Source of the DNA: Obrimoposthia wandeli
Taxonomy: Eukaryota
Direction of reading: 5' to 3'
Length of the DNA stretch: 64,000 bases
NCBI GenBank assembly: GCA_977020255.1
Contig: CDROCS010006559.1
Coordinates: forward strand, 1 to 64,000
Shown here: piece after piece, positions 51,444 through 61,776 of the stretch
Position numbering within the stretch: position 1 is the stretch's first letter
How the letters are laid out: each line of letters starts with the position of its first letter
The notes under the pieces: generated by a model
Told to the model about the DNA's origin: nothing
What the model saw: the letters and a program-made list of their open reading frames with translations, nothing else
Database searches by the model: none
Made by a program: the position numbers and the translations under genes

Positions 51444-52411
51444 GAGGCCTCCTGTGTATCAAGTATGCAACGTGACAAGCGCTGCTCAGCTAAAGATGAC
51501 AACGCAATGGGCTTTGCACAAGCTTGCTGTACTTGCTGGCAGCGAGGTGCAAATGCACATCCACTGGGTAATCGAGAAAGATCAGGCGGCATACCCTCTA
51601 TTTGCTGCAGCGATTCTCCTTTAACACCTAAGTGGGGAGTAGACTTTAACAGTGCCCGGCTATAAGGGTGCTTGGGATCGTTAAATAACTGATGAATAGT
51701 AGCGTACTCCACCATCTCTCCTGCGTACATCACCATGACTTTATCAGCCAATCCGGCAACGACACCTAAATCATGAGTGATGATGACCACTGCCATACCA
51801 AACTCTTGTTTTAAATCTACAATTAATTCTAGAATTTGTGCTTGAACAGTGACATCAAGTGCCGTCGTTGGCTCATCTGCAATCAATAGCTTAGGTTTAC
51901 CCAATAACGCCATCGCAATCATTACCCGCTGACGCATCCCTCCTGATAATTCATGAGGGTAGAGGTCAATTCGTCGCTTTGGGTCTGCGATACCAACACG
52001 TTCCAACATTTGTAGCGCCTGAGCTCGCGCCTCTTTTTTCGTGGCCTTGTGATGACACTGTGGAATCTCACTCAACTGCCTTCCAATACGAATACCTGGG
52101 TGCAGCGCTGTCATTGGATCTTGGAATATCATTCCAATATCCGCACCACGAATACCATCTAACTGCTTTGAGCCCATAGTGAGTAAATTTTCGCCTCCTT
52201 GAAATGAGACACTGCCACTTGTGTGCCCGTTTCGGGCTAACAACCCCATGATTGAAAGGAAGGTTTGCGACTTTCCAGAACCGGATTCCCCTACAACGGC
52301 CAAAGTTTCACCCGATAGTATATCAAGAGACAAATCACGCAACGCGCTCACTTCACCATCGGGAGTCGAAAAATGCACTGACATCTTTTCAATCGATAAC
52401 AAAGAGTTCAT
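51440..52411 (-). CDS. Oligopeptide/dipeptide ABC ATP-binding protein (OppD/DppD-like)
   Basis: GESGSGKS, LSGGMRQR, ADEPTTALDVTVQAQ, GCAFAPRC. Confidence 0.93.
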   Translation of the reverse strand: MNSLLSIEKMSVHFSTPDGEVSALRDLSLDILSGETLAVVGESGSGKSQTFLSIMGLLARNGHTSGSVSFQGGENLLTMGSKQLDGIRGADIGMIFQDPMTALHPGIRIGRQLSEIPQCHHKATKKEARAQALQMLERVGIADPKRRIDLYPHELSGGMRQRVMIAMALLGKPKLLIADEPTTALDVTVQAQILELIVDLKQEFGMAVVIITHDLGVVAGLADKVMVMYAGEMVEYATIHQLFNDPKHPYSRALLKSTPHLGVKGESLQQIEGMPPDLSRLPSGCAFAPRCQQVQQACAKPIALSSLAEQRLSRCILDTQEAS

Positions 52412-53319
52412 CAGTGATCCCTCGGATCTAAAGCGTCGCGTAGACCGTCACCTAAATAACCTAAACACAGTAATAGAGGAACGAGAAACAATGCAGGAAA
52501 AATAAGCAGCCAAGGCATGACTTCCATAACGCCACCAGCATCGGCGATTAACGTTCCCAGAGACGTCATCGGCTCTTGCACCCCAAAACCTAAATAGGAA
52601 AGGAAACTTTCGGTGACAATGATTTCTGGGATCGTCAATGTTGCGTAGATAACAACAGGCCCAGATAAGTTAGGCACTATATGTTTGAAAATAATGGTCA
52701 GCGGTTTCTGTCCCGCGGCCTTGGCAGCTTCAACATACTCTCGCTGCTTAATCGATAAGGTTTGTCCACGAACAATACGCGCCATCGTCAGCCATTCAAC
52801 GGCACCGATTCCCACGTAAAGTAAAATGACATTGCGACCAAAAATAACCATCAGCAAAATCACAAACAGAACATAGGGCAAAGCATACATTACATCGACA
52901 AAGCGCATCATCGCACTGTCGATTCGCCCGCCGTAATAACCCGCAATTGCTCCGTATGTCACCCCTATAAATACGGCAACCAGTGTTGCAACCAACGCAA
53001 CGGTCAACGACACTCTGGTACCGTAGAGTGTTCGTGCCAACATATCACGCCCGTTTTGGTCAGTGCCAAAGAGATGGAAGCTTTCCCATGTCGGAGGAGA
53101 TCTAAAGGCATTCCAATCAGGGTCCTCATAGCCATTTGGAATTAGATACGGGCCGATAAAAGCCGCCAAGATAATGAAGACAACCACGATTAGAGAGATC
53201 ACAGCCATTTTATTGCGCATCAATCGTGCGATGGCATTCGACGTTAAACTACGTCCTTGAGTCGACTCATCTGACAGCGACTCTATTATTTCTAGTTTCT
53301 TTCCAGTAAGTCCTATCAT
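52411..53319 (-). CDS. Oligopeptide ABC permease (OppC-like)
   Basis: HLFGTDQNGRD, EYVEAAKAAG, DGLRDALDP. Confidence 0.93.
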   Translation of the reverse strand: MIGLTGKKLEIIESLSDESTQGRSLTSNAIARLMRNKMAVISLIVVVFIILAAFIGPYLIPNGYEDPDWNAFRSPPTWESFHLFGTDQNGRDMLARTLYGTRVSLTVALVATLVAVFIGVTYGAIAGYYGGRIDSAMMRFVDVMYALPYVLFVILLMVIFGRNVILLYVGIGAVEWLTMARIVRGQTLSIKQREYVEAAKAAGQKPLTIIFKHIVPNLSGPVVIYATLTIPEIIVTESFLSYLGFGVQEPMTSLGTLIADAGGVMEVMPWLLIFPALFLVPLLLCLGYLGDGLRDALDPRDH

Positions 53320-54239
53320 TGGTAACGCACCTTGGGATCAAGAAAGGCATAAATCAAATCGACAACTAAATTCAAAATAATGATCAGTACCATATAAAAA
53401 ATTACGGTGCCTAACACCATACCGTAATCACGACTTAGCGCTCCCTCTACGAAGTAGCGACCAATACCAGGCAAACCGAATATTGATTCAACCACCAGCG
53501 ATCCAGTTAATAGATAACTGGTAGCGGGTCCCAGATACGACACCACTGGTAACAAAGCAGGTCGAATAGCATGTCGTTGCATCACCAACCGTGCCCCGAT
53601 TCCTTTTGCTTTGGCAGTGCGGATAAAATTACTACCTAGTACATCGAGAAGAGAGCCACGCATTAACTTAGAAATACGCGCAATATGCGGCAGAGACATG
53701 ACCAAAACAGGCAGCACTAAGTTTGCAATGTTCCCCTCCCCCCAACCACCAACAGGCAGCCATTCGAGTTGTAAACCAAAGACTAACTGCAAAATCGGGG
53801 CGATTAAAAAATTGGGAAAGACTAAACCAATCATCACCACAAAAACGAGAAGATAATCAGGCCATTTATTTTGCCACACTGCAGAGATCACCCCCGCAAT
53901 TAACCCTAGTAAAAATGAGAGCACAAGCGCAGATACCCCCAAGATAAAAGTGTAGGGAAGACCATTGAGTAATAGCTCAGTCACGGTAAAGTCATCTGTG
54001 ACAAATGAAGGACCTAAATCCCCTTGAAGTACTCCTTTCAAGTACAGAAAATATTGCTGAATAACCGGTTTATCCAGATTGTAGTGGGCTTCTAAATTAG
54101 CTCTAGTGGCTGCACTCATCGAGCGCTCTTGATCTAGGGGACCACCCGGTGCCAAGCGTAAGATAACAAAGCACAAAGTGAGGGCGAACCACAGTACAGG
54201 TACTGTAGATAACAGTCGTTTAAACGCGTAAAAGATCAT
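53316..54239 (-). CDS. Oligopeptide ABC permease (OppB-like)
   Basis: APGGPLD, GDLGPS, FIRTAKAKG, VESIFGLPGIG, AFLDPKV; start MIFYAFKR. Confidence 0.93.
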   Translation of the reverse strand: MIFYAFKRLLSTVPVLWFALTLCFVILRLAPGGPLDQERSMSAATRANLEAHYNLDKPVIQQYFLYLKGVLQGDLGPSFVTDDFTVTELLLNGLPYTFILGVSALVLSFLLGLIAGVISAVWQNKWPDYLLVFVVMIGLVFPNFLIAPILQLVFGLQLEWLPVGGWGEGNIANLVLPVLVMSLPHIARISKLMRGSLLDVLGSNFIRTAKAKGIGARLVMQRHAIRPALLPVVSYLGPATSYLLTGSLVVESIFGLPGIGRYFVEGALSRDYGMVLGTVIFYMVLIIILNLVVDLIYAFLDPKVRYQ

Positions 54240-54253
54240 AGTGACGCACAAAC

Positions 54254-54277
54254 ACAGCGCCGTAAGAACGGCGCTGT
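54254..54277. promoter_or_regulatory. Intercistronic hairpin after oppA (likely an mRNA stabiliser)
   Basis: ACAGCGCCGT-aaga-ACGGCGCTGT with no long U tract. Confidence 0.55.
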
Positions 54278-54283
54278 ACTCGC

Positions 54284-55861
54284 TTACTCCTCTTTAGATA
54301 ACCAGCGGGTGCGATGTATATCAAAGGCGTTGTCTTTAAAACCCTTAATTTTAGGAGAGACGACGTTCTCCGATAGGTAGTAGTAAATGGGAATGGCGGC
54401 GGAATCATCTATCGCCAACTTTTCTGCGCTATAGAGTAACTGCGCTCGCTTATCTAAGTCGGTTTCAAGCGCTGCTTTATCTAACAAACTATCAAACTCT
54501 TTATTGTTCCAGCGACCATAATTATCACCGACGTCACTGCGTAACAATGTCAGAAAATTTACAGGATCATTATAGTCAGCGAGCCAACCGGCGCGCGCAA
54601 TTTCTAAATCACCCTTTTTCAAATCAGCGTAGTGCACTTTAGTTTCGGTATTATAGAGTTCAACCTTGACACCTAAACCTTTCCACATCGCGGCAACAGC
54701 GATAGCAATGCGTTTATGGTTTTCGTTAGTGTTATAGCGCAACTGAATTTCCATTGGTTTATCTTTACTAAAACCAGCTTCTTTCATTAACGCTTTTGCC
54801 TGAGTAACTTTTTCACCGTAGGCTAAATCTTTCCAGCTGGCACTATAAGAATCGTTGTAGTTCGCCATTCCAGGCGGTACCCAGGAATAGGCGGGGAGCT
54901 CTCCGGTACCGAGAATTTTGGGTCCTATTACTTCACGATTAACTGCCATAGATAAAGCTTGGCGCACTCGTACGTCATTGAGTGGTGGCTTGGTAGAATT
55001 CATAACATAATAGTAAAGCCCAGCAAATGGAGCTACATGCGCTTCACCTGGGTGGTTCTTTTGTAGCCATTCATATTGGTCTTTAGGGAAATCAGTCAAG
55101 ATATCAAACTCGCCTGCGCGGTAGCGTTTGAGTGCGGAGGACTGATCTTCAAGAGTAAAGAAAGTAACATCGTCAATTTTTAATTTATCAAAATCATAGT
55201 ACTTATCGTTTTTAACGGTCTTAACATGGGACCCAGGTACCCACTCTACGGGTTTATACGGCCCGTTTGTCACAATATTATTCAGCTTAACCCACTTATC
55301 CCCATATTTTTCAACGACATGCTTTGGTACGGGATAAGCTGTGTAATGAGAAAGGGCTGTCAATAAAAAGGGGGCGGGGGTTTCTAAAGTTATTTGGAAG
55401 GTTTTATCATCCAATGCTTTCACACCCATTTGGTCAAGAGAAACCGTTCCCTCGTTAGCTGCTTTGGCGTTCTTAACAGGGTGCATTAAATAGGAATAGC
55501 TAGCCGCTGTTTTGGGATCTTGTAGCCGCTTAAATGCATATTCGAAATCTGACGCAGTGACGCTAACGCCATCTGACCAGACAATATCATCACGTAATTT
55601 AAAAGTATAAGTCAGCCCGTCATCAGAAATAGTCCAGCTTTTTGCTTGCCCGGGCATGAAATTGGCATCGATGTCCTCAGTGGTCAAGCCTTCAAAAATA
55701 TCACCAACGATTCGATTTTCCCAATCACCACTAACCTTATGTGGATCGAGCGATGTTGCATCGCCGCCATTGTGTAAGTTGAGGGTTGTAGCATGGCTCA
55801 TAGAAGCTGCTAACAGCAAAGTCAATGCAGCAGTAGCTACATTAAAGTGTTTCTTAAGCAT
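54284..55861 (-). CDS. Oligopeptide ABC substrate-binding protein (OppA-like, family 5)
   Basis: Signal peptide, SLDPHKV, IFEGL, WSDG, NGPY, GWLADY; RBS GGAG before the ATG at 55861. Confidence 0.93.
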   Translation of the reverse strand: MLKKHFNVATAALTLLLAASMSHATTLNLHNGGDATSLDPHKVSGDWENRIVGDIFEGLTTEDIDANFMPGQAKSWTISDDGLTYTFKLRDDIVWSDGVSVTASDFEYAFKRLQDPKTAASYSYLMHPVKNAKAANEGTVSLDQMGVKALDDKTFQITLETPAPFLLTALSHYTAYPVPKHVVEKYGDKWVKLNNIVTNGPYKPVEWVPGSHVKTVKNDKYYDFDKLKIDDVTFFTLEDQSSALKRYRAGEFDILTDFPKDQYEWLQKNHPGEAHVAPFAGLYYYVMNSTKPPLNDVRVRQALSMAVNREVIGPKILGTGELPAYSWVPPGMANYNDSYSASWKDLAYGEKVTQAKALMKEAGFSKDKPMEIQLRYNTNENHKRIAIAVAAMWKGLGVKVELYNTETKVHYADLKKGDLEIARAGWLADYNDPVNFLTLLRSDVGDNYGRWNNKEFDSLLDKAALETDLDKRAQLLYSAEKLAIDDSAAIPIYYYLSENVVSPKIKGFKDNAFDIHRTRWLSKEE

Positions 55862-56425
55862 GTGTATCTCCATATAATCACCCTAGGTATAAATGCCATA
55901 CCTAAGAGTGCGCGGGACAATCCAGCCGCTTAAATATGTCGTGCATTGCCGATAGACATCAGCGACATATTTGCCCCTATTGATTTATTTTTATAAATAG
56001 AGCGTATTGCAATAATGACGGTACAATACATACCTTCATTTTTGCCAGTCGCTTTAATCTAGCTCAAGGTGTACGCAGGGTAAAGTGCTAAGCTTACTTT
56101 TATTTATGTATTTGAGGTTATGCTTTAGCTAAAAGACGCGCTAGAAGGTAAGCGCGTTACCTGATAAAAAACAGTTGGAAATATCCTGTACGCCCCGATA
56201 GATGAGCAACCACGTGAGCTATTTCATTGTTAGAATCATTGTAAAAGGCACAACAATTCACTTCATTTTATTATCTATTGCTTTGGCGCTTAATTACCCA
56301 CAAGGAACCTTCTTCAGTTTAATCAAGCGTGTTTTGAAGTAGCTAATCGTTATACTGAAATCTGTTATCTAGAAAAACTGGGGGGTATTACTGCAAAAAA
56401 TATTGTATTGAGATCCGTAAAACCG

Positions 56426-57169
56426 TCAGCGATAGTTTATCTTCAAACCTTGGGCCACCATATCATCGAGAACCTTTGCTTGTGCAACCTTACTCATTTC
56501 GATGGTAAGAGTTTTAAGATTTTTCAGGGAAAGTAGTAATTCAAAATCATTAAAGTTTGCATAACTAACATCTAAATGCTCTAACAACGGCAATTCGTTT
56601 AATACCGAAAAGTCTTTAATTGGCATCCACAAAACATTCAGTGAGCGTAGTTTTTTTAAAGATTTCAGCGCGCTGATATCCTGAGCCAAGGTGTAACCAA
56701 GGTTTAAGTATTCCAGGTCTTTCAAGTAAGAAATAGGGGATATGTCAGTCACTTTATTGCTATATAGCGATAAGGTGCGTAAGTGTTCGAGCCTACTTAA
56801 AGCACTGATGTCAGTAACCTTAGTCCCTTTAAGATTCAGCCTCTCTAAGGACACTAAATTGGCCAAAGGTGTTATATCTTTTATATTGGTATACACCATC
56901 GAAAGGTATCTAAGACTATTCATGTTTGCCAGCACAGATAGATCTGAGATGTTATTACCGTTAGCGTTTAGAATCTCTAGTGAAGAAAATTTTGCCAGTT
57001 TTTCTGGAAACCCTGACATATTTTTGAATTCATCAAGGGATAAGCTGTGCATATTACTGTTAATGGCATCAGTTACTTTTTGCACACTATTGAGAGAGAA
57101 TCCCTGTGCACTCATTGATAGCGCAAATAATATTGTAATTAATAATTGATGTTTTATGAGCTTCATCAT
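56426..57169 (-). CDS. Secreted leucine-rich repeat protein (internalin-like 22-aa repeats)
   Basis: Signal peptide, then ~8 LxxLxLxxxxIxDIxxL repeats. Confidence 0.85.
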   Translation of the reverse strand: MMKLIKHQLLITILFALSMSAQGFSLNSVQKVTDAINSNMHSLSLDEFKNMSGFPEKLAKFSSLEILNANGNNISDLSVLANMNSLRYLSMVYTNIKDITPLANLVSLERLNLKGTKVTDISALSRLEHLRTLSLYSNKVTDISPISYLKDLEYLNLGYTLAQDISALKSLKKLRSLNVLWMPIKDFSVLNELPLLEHLDVSYANFNDFELLLSLKNLKTLTIEMSKVAQAKVLDDMVAQGLKINYR

Positions 57170-57404
57170 CGTAAATCCCTTTGATATTATTTTGATCAAA
57201 TATAGCACAGGACTTTTCGTGATTGCGACAATGTGTACCCAAACACGATGACAGGTGGATTGGTAATCTGGAGAAGACGTTAGAAAAGAATAAAAAATTC
57301 GCACACTCTATGTCACTTACACTCTAGGATAAGCGAACAGGCGAAATACACTGTGCAGCACTAGCTACCATTTAGTGCTGCAAAGCATTGTTAAATATAA
57401 TTCA

Positions 57405-58121
57405 CTATGCCGCTTGGCAAATATGCTCGACAAACCTCACCAGTAGGGAGCGGCTTTGTTCGGTATCACTACAAGCGTTTCGAACTTGTAGTGGGTCACC
57501 GCCGAATTTAGTAATATCTTCGGCAATTTCATCTACATAATACTGGGTAATCTCACAATCAAATTCAGGGTGAAACTGTACTCCCCAAATATTACCTACT
57601 CGATAAGCTTCGTGCGGTTCAAAATCATTTTCCGCCAGTAAAACAGCTTGAGGAGGTAGTACTGAAACCGTTTGCGAATGGCCAACATTGACTTTAAATT
57701 TTTGTGCCATTGCTCCCAGTAATTTGTCACTTTTGCCTGCGCTAGTTAGCGTGACATCAACACTACCAGGCTCCGGTCCTTTAGGATGAAAACCGACTTC
57801 CCCACCCAGCGCTTTAGCAACTAATTGATGACCATAACAAATAGCAAAAACCGGCAGATCTATTTTATACATTTGAAGAATATAGGGAATTAAACGTTCA
57901 CTCCATGGCTCTTGGGCTGTCACCATAGAATGCGACCCTGTAATAATCACGCCACGATATTTCTCAAGTTCAGGTAGCGCACTTTGTTTGGTCGCATCGT
58001 ATACTTCTATTTGTGCATCAGTTTGTGCCAAGGCACTCGTAATCATATCTTCGAAATCACCGCATAGCGCCTTTAATCCCGAAAATGTATCACCCATTTT
58101 TATCAACAATATTGCTGTCAC
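57405..58121 (-). CDS. Class I glutamine amidotransferase (GuaA-like/YfeJ-like)
   Basis: IITGS, AICYGHQL, GVQFHPE catalytic triad. Confidence 0.9.
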   Translation of the reverse strand: MTAILLIKMGDTFSGLKALCGDFEDMITSALAQTDAQIEVYDATKQSALPELEKYRGVIITGSHSMVTAQEPWSERLIPYILQMYKIDLPVFAICYGHQLVAKALGGEVGFHPKGPEPGSVDVTLTSAGKSDKLLGAMAQKFKVNVGHSQTVSVLPPQAVLLAENDFEPHEAYRVGNIWGVQFHPEFDCEITQYYVDEIAEDITKFGGDPLQVRNACSDTEQSRSLLVRFVEHICQAA

Positions 58122-58221
58122 ACTCTACCTCAATACAATACTAGCAAGAATTTTCGCTAGCTTACGAGCCGTTCTCGAAAGACAGCCCGAGCTATTTCAC
58201 CTATATTCAAACTGGAATTAC

Positions 58222-58710
58222 TTACAGTGATTGCTCGTCAAAGATCATCACTGCTTTGTCTTGTTCATCTGTGAGAATTAATTGTCCGCCTTTTAATAAA
58301 AAATGCTCCACGCGCTCTAAAGCAGCGAAAAACTGCTGTTCCTGTTGCATTTTTTCAGCTTTACAAGCCATGCGCGTTGTCGATAGTGCTGACAAGTTCA
58401 GGTGATCACCTCGCGGTGCGATTGATCCTGAGAAGGTATTACAACCTGCATTGCCAGAGATCACACCATTTGTCGCTATATTTAACTGTTTAGGTTCAAT
58501 TAGCGCTATAGCGTCAATACTGAGTAAACTCCACTGTCCCTGCATAGCTGATTGCTGCTTTTCAGCGAAGGTCATACAGGCTGTGAGTGATGTTATCCCT
58601 GCGATTAGAGCACAAGCTTTGGCAGCAGTTTTAAACGTTATGGTAGGTAAATATGATTTTGTCACTGATTGCGTCCCTGTTATACATTTTGAAAACACAG
58701 AGTATAACAA
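58222..58710 (-). CDS. META domain (HslJ-like) lipoprotein
   Basis: Lipobox SLTAC, SGNAGCNTFSG, STTRMAC; start uncertain. Confidence 0.8.
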   Translation of the reverse strand: MLYSVFSKCITGTQSVTKSYLPTITFKTAAKACALIAGITSLTACMTFAEKQQSAMQGQWSLLSIDAIALIEPKQLNIATNGVISGNAGCNTFSGSIAPRGDHLNLSALSTTRMACKAEKMQQEQQFFAALERVEHFLLKGGQLILTDEQDKAVMIFDEQSL

Positions 58711-58731
58711 GTATCATTTTGGCAAAACTAA

Positions 58732-58755
58732 AAAACGGCCTCCGTGGGCCGTTTT
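58732..58755 (-). terminator. hglS/ydcJ terminator
   Basis: Minus strand AAAACGGCC-CACGGA-GGCCGTTTT followed by TT. Confidence 0.7.
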
Positions 58756-58866
58756 ATCTGGTATATCTAGGATTTTGATGGCCGATGACTGCGCGCTAAT
58801 ATTAAACTTTAATCAGCGGCTTTCCGCCAAAAACCCACCACCCTCTATAAGCGGTAATGTTTATTC

Positions 58867-60249
58867 CTAGCTTTTTAACTGTCCTAGTACTTTGTCGACA
58901 GATAACTGTTCCATCTTGGCATAAAGCGTAAACTCATCGGCGACGCATCCTCCTAAATCCCGTTCAAACTCCGCTTGGTTTGGCGCTTGAACGAAATCCT
59001 TCTCCCCTTTATCCCCCAAATTTGACTGGAAGATGCCAGCGGCGCTCACTGGAAGAAAATCCTCGTAAGTAATAGGATCAAAACGCACTGCACCACTAGC
59101 CACTAAAGACTCAATATCAAAAGATTGCGCCGCGCTCACTTTTGAACCGTCGCTGAGCGAATAGTTGAAATAACCTAATCCCTGACTGCGCATTTCAGCG
59201 TAAGTGTCTGGGAATTCAGCGAATACTTGCTGCATTTGCGCTAGGTACTCATCAAGGTTAGAACCGTCATTTAAAGGCCTTGTAATACCACGCGCCTTCG
59301 TTAGCAACATATCATACAGTTCACGTCCTTTAGGTTTAAGCGCACAACCGCGCTGCTCAATTTCACCAAAGCGCGCTGCGTGTGCTCCCTGAGCTGAACT
59401 CTCATGCTGATCACTAAAGATCACTGGTTCTTTGATCGCAAGGAATGCTGTTTGGCGTAATAAGATAGGACACTCGCGTTTTGGCGGCCCCTCAATAACA
59501 GCTTTTGGCACACCGCCTGTTGTGTGTATTTGACTTTGTACCCAATCGATATCCAAGGTACGTGGCGTTAAATGATTTATATGCGGTCCTTTAAAAGACA
59601 CTACATCGGCAATCAATGGATGCTCATTAAGTAATTCGCGGTAAAGTACAGAATCGATAGCCGCATGTTGATGCCAACGAAATACTTCTACGATAGCCGT
59701 GACGAAGTCCTGCGCTTGCAATGAATTGAAACCGCCCTGCTGCTCACCTAATGCGACGATATCACGAACGTTATCGCCAAAAATATCCCGCTGATCAAGT
59801 ACGTTACGTGCGCTATCACGCAAGCCTTCATCTTTGATCAGGTCCAAGCGTAACAATGACGTGAATACTCGAAATGGATTGCTGCGAATAGCGGCAGTTT
59901 CAACAGGGCGAAACGCTGTTGAATGAACAGGAACTCCAGCAACACTCAAGTCGTAATAACCAACTGGATACATCCCTAGCAGAGCGAAAATACGGCGCAT
60001 CATCGCCAACTCACTGGCTTTGCCAATCCGAATAGCACCGTGGCGCTGATCTGAAAGCGTTTCTATATTTTCAACTTGTTCCAGATGATCCTTTAATGAT
60101 GAATCCTCCGCTAATTTACCTTCATTAGCATGAGTAACAAGGTCGAGAAGCGCACCGTAGGCAGGTACTTCTGCACGGTACATATGCGACATCGCCGCAG
60201 AGAAATTAGCGCGAATGTGGTTGGCATCGACAAGCGTAATCTGATTCAT
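58867..60249 (-). CDS. hglS: 2-oxoadipate dioxygenase/decarboxylase HglS (YdcJ, DUF1338)
   Basis: RHGAIR, YYDLS, PFRVFTSLLR, HINHLTPR, FGEIEQRG, YEDFLPVSAAGIF. Confidence 0.88.
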   Translation of the reverse strand: MNQITLVDANHIRANFSAAMSHMYRAEVPAYGALLDLVTHANEGKLAEDSSLKDHLEQVENIETLSDQRHGAIRIGKASELAMMRRIFALLGMYPVGYYDLSVAGVPVHSTAFRPVETAAIRSNPFRVFTSLLRLDLIKDEGLRDSARNVLDQRDIFGDNVRDIVALGEQQGGFNSLQAQDFVTAIVEVFRWHQHAAIDSVLYRELLNEHPLIADVVSFKGPHINHLTPRTLDIDWVQSQIHTTGGVPKAVIEGPPKRECPILLRQTAFLAIKEPVIFSDQHESSAQGAHAARFGEIEQRGCALKPKGRELYDMLLTKARGITRPLNDGSNLDEYLAQMQQVFAEFPDTYAEMRSQGLGYFNYSLSDGSKVSAAQSFDIESLVASGAVRFDPITYEDFLPVSAAGIFQSNLGDKGEKDFVQAPNQAEFERDLGGCVADEFTLYAKMEQLSVDKVLGQLKS

Positions 60250-60350
60250 GGTCTGTCCGTCTATTTTAATGTTTATGCAATTGAGTGATAATATATCAAT
60301 ACAATCCCAATTTATATTGAGAAAAAACCATTACTTGATGAATATTTGTT

Positions 60351-61241
60351 ATGAACTTACATAAAAGACTCATTCCCAACATCCACAACTTGCAAAGTTT
60401 TGTCAGTGCGGCCAAACACGCTAGCTTCACCCAAGCGGCTATTGAGTTGCATCTAACTCAAAGTGCGGTAAGTCGACAAATTAAGGACTTAGAGCGTCAA
60501 CTCGGAGTCGCTTTATTTGAAAGGGTACGCCAGAGAGTGGTGCTAACAGATAGTGGAAGTCGTTTTCTTGAAGATGCTCAGCAAATACTGAACACCACAG
60601 AACAGGCGATGCTCAAGGCAATGTCAATTGCAACTGCCAGTTCCACTTTGACTATTGCTGCACTGCCAACCTTCACTAGCCGCTGGATAATCCCTCGTTT
60701 GAGTAGCTATATTAGCGCCTATCCGAATACGGCATTGAGCTTTAGCTCAAAAACAGAGCCATTTGATTTCAGTGAAAAGAATGTCGATTTAGCCATCCAC
60801 TTCGGCAAACCCACCTGGCCACAGGCACGCTGCTATCTCATTTGTAAAGAGCAGTTAATTCCAGTTGCCAGTAAGAGCTACCTCTCACGATATCCTATCG
60901 AGTCTATAGAGCAGATACAGCGCGCGGCCCTACTCCAATTAACTACCCGATTAGGCAGTTGGAAACTCTGGTTTGATAAACAGGGTTTGGATATCAGTGC
61001 CAATAGCCATTTATGCTTCGATCAGTTTTCAATGATTATTGACGCGGTGGTGGCAGGCTTGGGCATTGCCTTGTTACCAAGCTATTTCATTGCAGATGAA
61101 CTGGCGCAAGGTAGCCTAATACAATTGGCTAAGGGCAGCGAAACGGAAGACTGCTATTACTTAGTTGTTCCCGATGACAAGGCTGATAACCCACAAGTCA
61201 TCGCATTTAAAGATTGGTTGTTAGGAGCAGCACGGGATTAG
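60351..61241 (+). CDS. LysR-family regulator (GcvA-like), divergent from hglS
   Basis: SFTQAAIELHLTQSAVSRQI HTH, VDLAIHFG. Confidence 0.92.
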   Translation: MNLHKRLIPNIHNLQSFVSAAKHASFTQAAIELHLTQSAVSRQIKDLERQLGVALFERVRQRVVLTDSGSRFLEDAQQILNTTEQAMLKAMSIATASSTLTIAALPTFTSRWIIPRLSSYISAYPNTALSFSSKTEPFDFSEKNVDLAIHFGKPTWPQARCYLICKEQLIPVASKSYLSRYPIESIEQIQRAALLQLTTRLGSWKLWFDKQGLDISANSHLCFDQFSMIIDAVVAGLGIALLPSYFIADELAQGSLIQLAKGSETEDCYYLVVPDDKADNPQVIAFKDWLLGAARD

Positions 61242-61422
61242 ACGACACTCATTGTTGCTACTACGTGCTATCAGCATCAGTAGCTATCTAGGTGTTATCT
61301 GACTTAACAATAACTAAATGGATAGCTATGAATGCTGTATTTACGAGGAAAAAACAGTCAGCATATTCGATGAGTAATACCACCGTTCATGCCTCACAAA
61401 AGCAGAGGCCTGACTATGGTAT

Positions 61423-61776
61423 TTACAGTTTTTGCCACAGCGCATATTCATTCCCATTAGGGTCTAGAAAATGAAAGCGACGACCACCTGGAAAGCTAAA
61501 AATAGCTTGGCTTATTTCGCCACCACAATCGACGACCTTGGTTATACTCCCCTCTAAATCATCGCTGTAAAGTACGACTAGTACACTGCCGTTTTCTTGC
61601 TTTGTATTGAGTTTGCTAAAGTAAAAACCCCCGTCGATACCTGCATTATCAATACTACAGTACTCTGGTCCATAATCTGTAAAGCGCCAACCAAAGGCTG
61701 CGGCAAAGAACTTCTTACTTACCGCTATGTCTCTGGAGGGGAATTCCAGATAATTTATCTTATCGTTATCACTCAT
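61423..61776 (-). CDS. VOC/glyoxalase family protein
   Basis: INYLEFP, FGWRFTDYG, FPGGRRFHFLDPNGNE. Confidence 0.88.
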   Translation of the reverse strand: MSDNDKINYLEFPSRDIAVSKKFFAAAFGWRFTDYGPEYCSIDNAGIDGGFYFSKLNTKQENGSVLVVLYSDDLEGSITKVVDCGGEISQAIFSFPGGRRFHFLDPNGNEYALWQKL

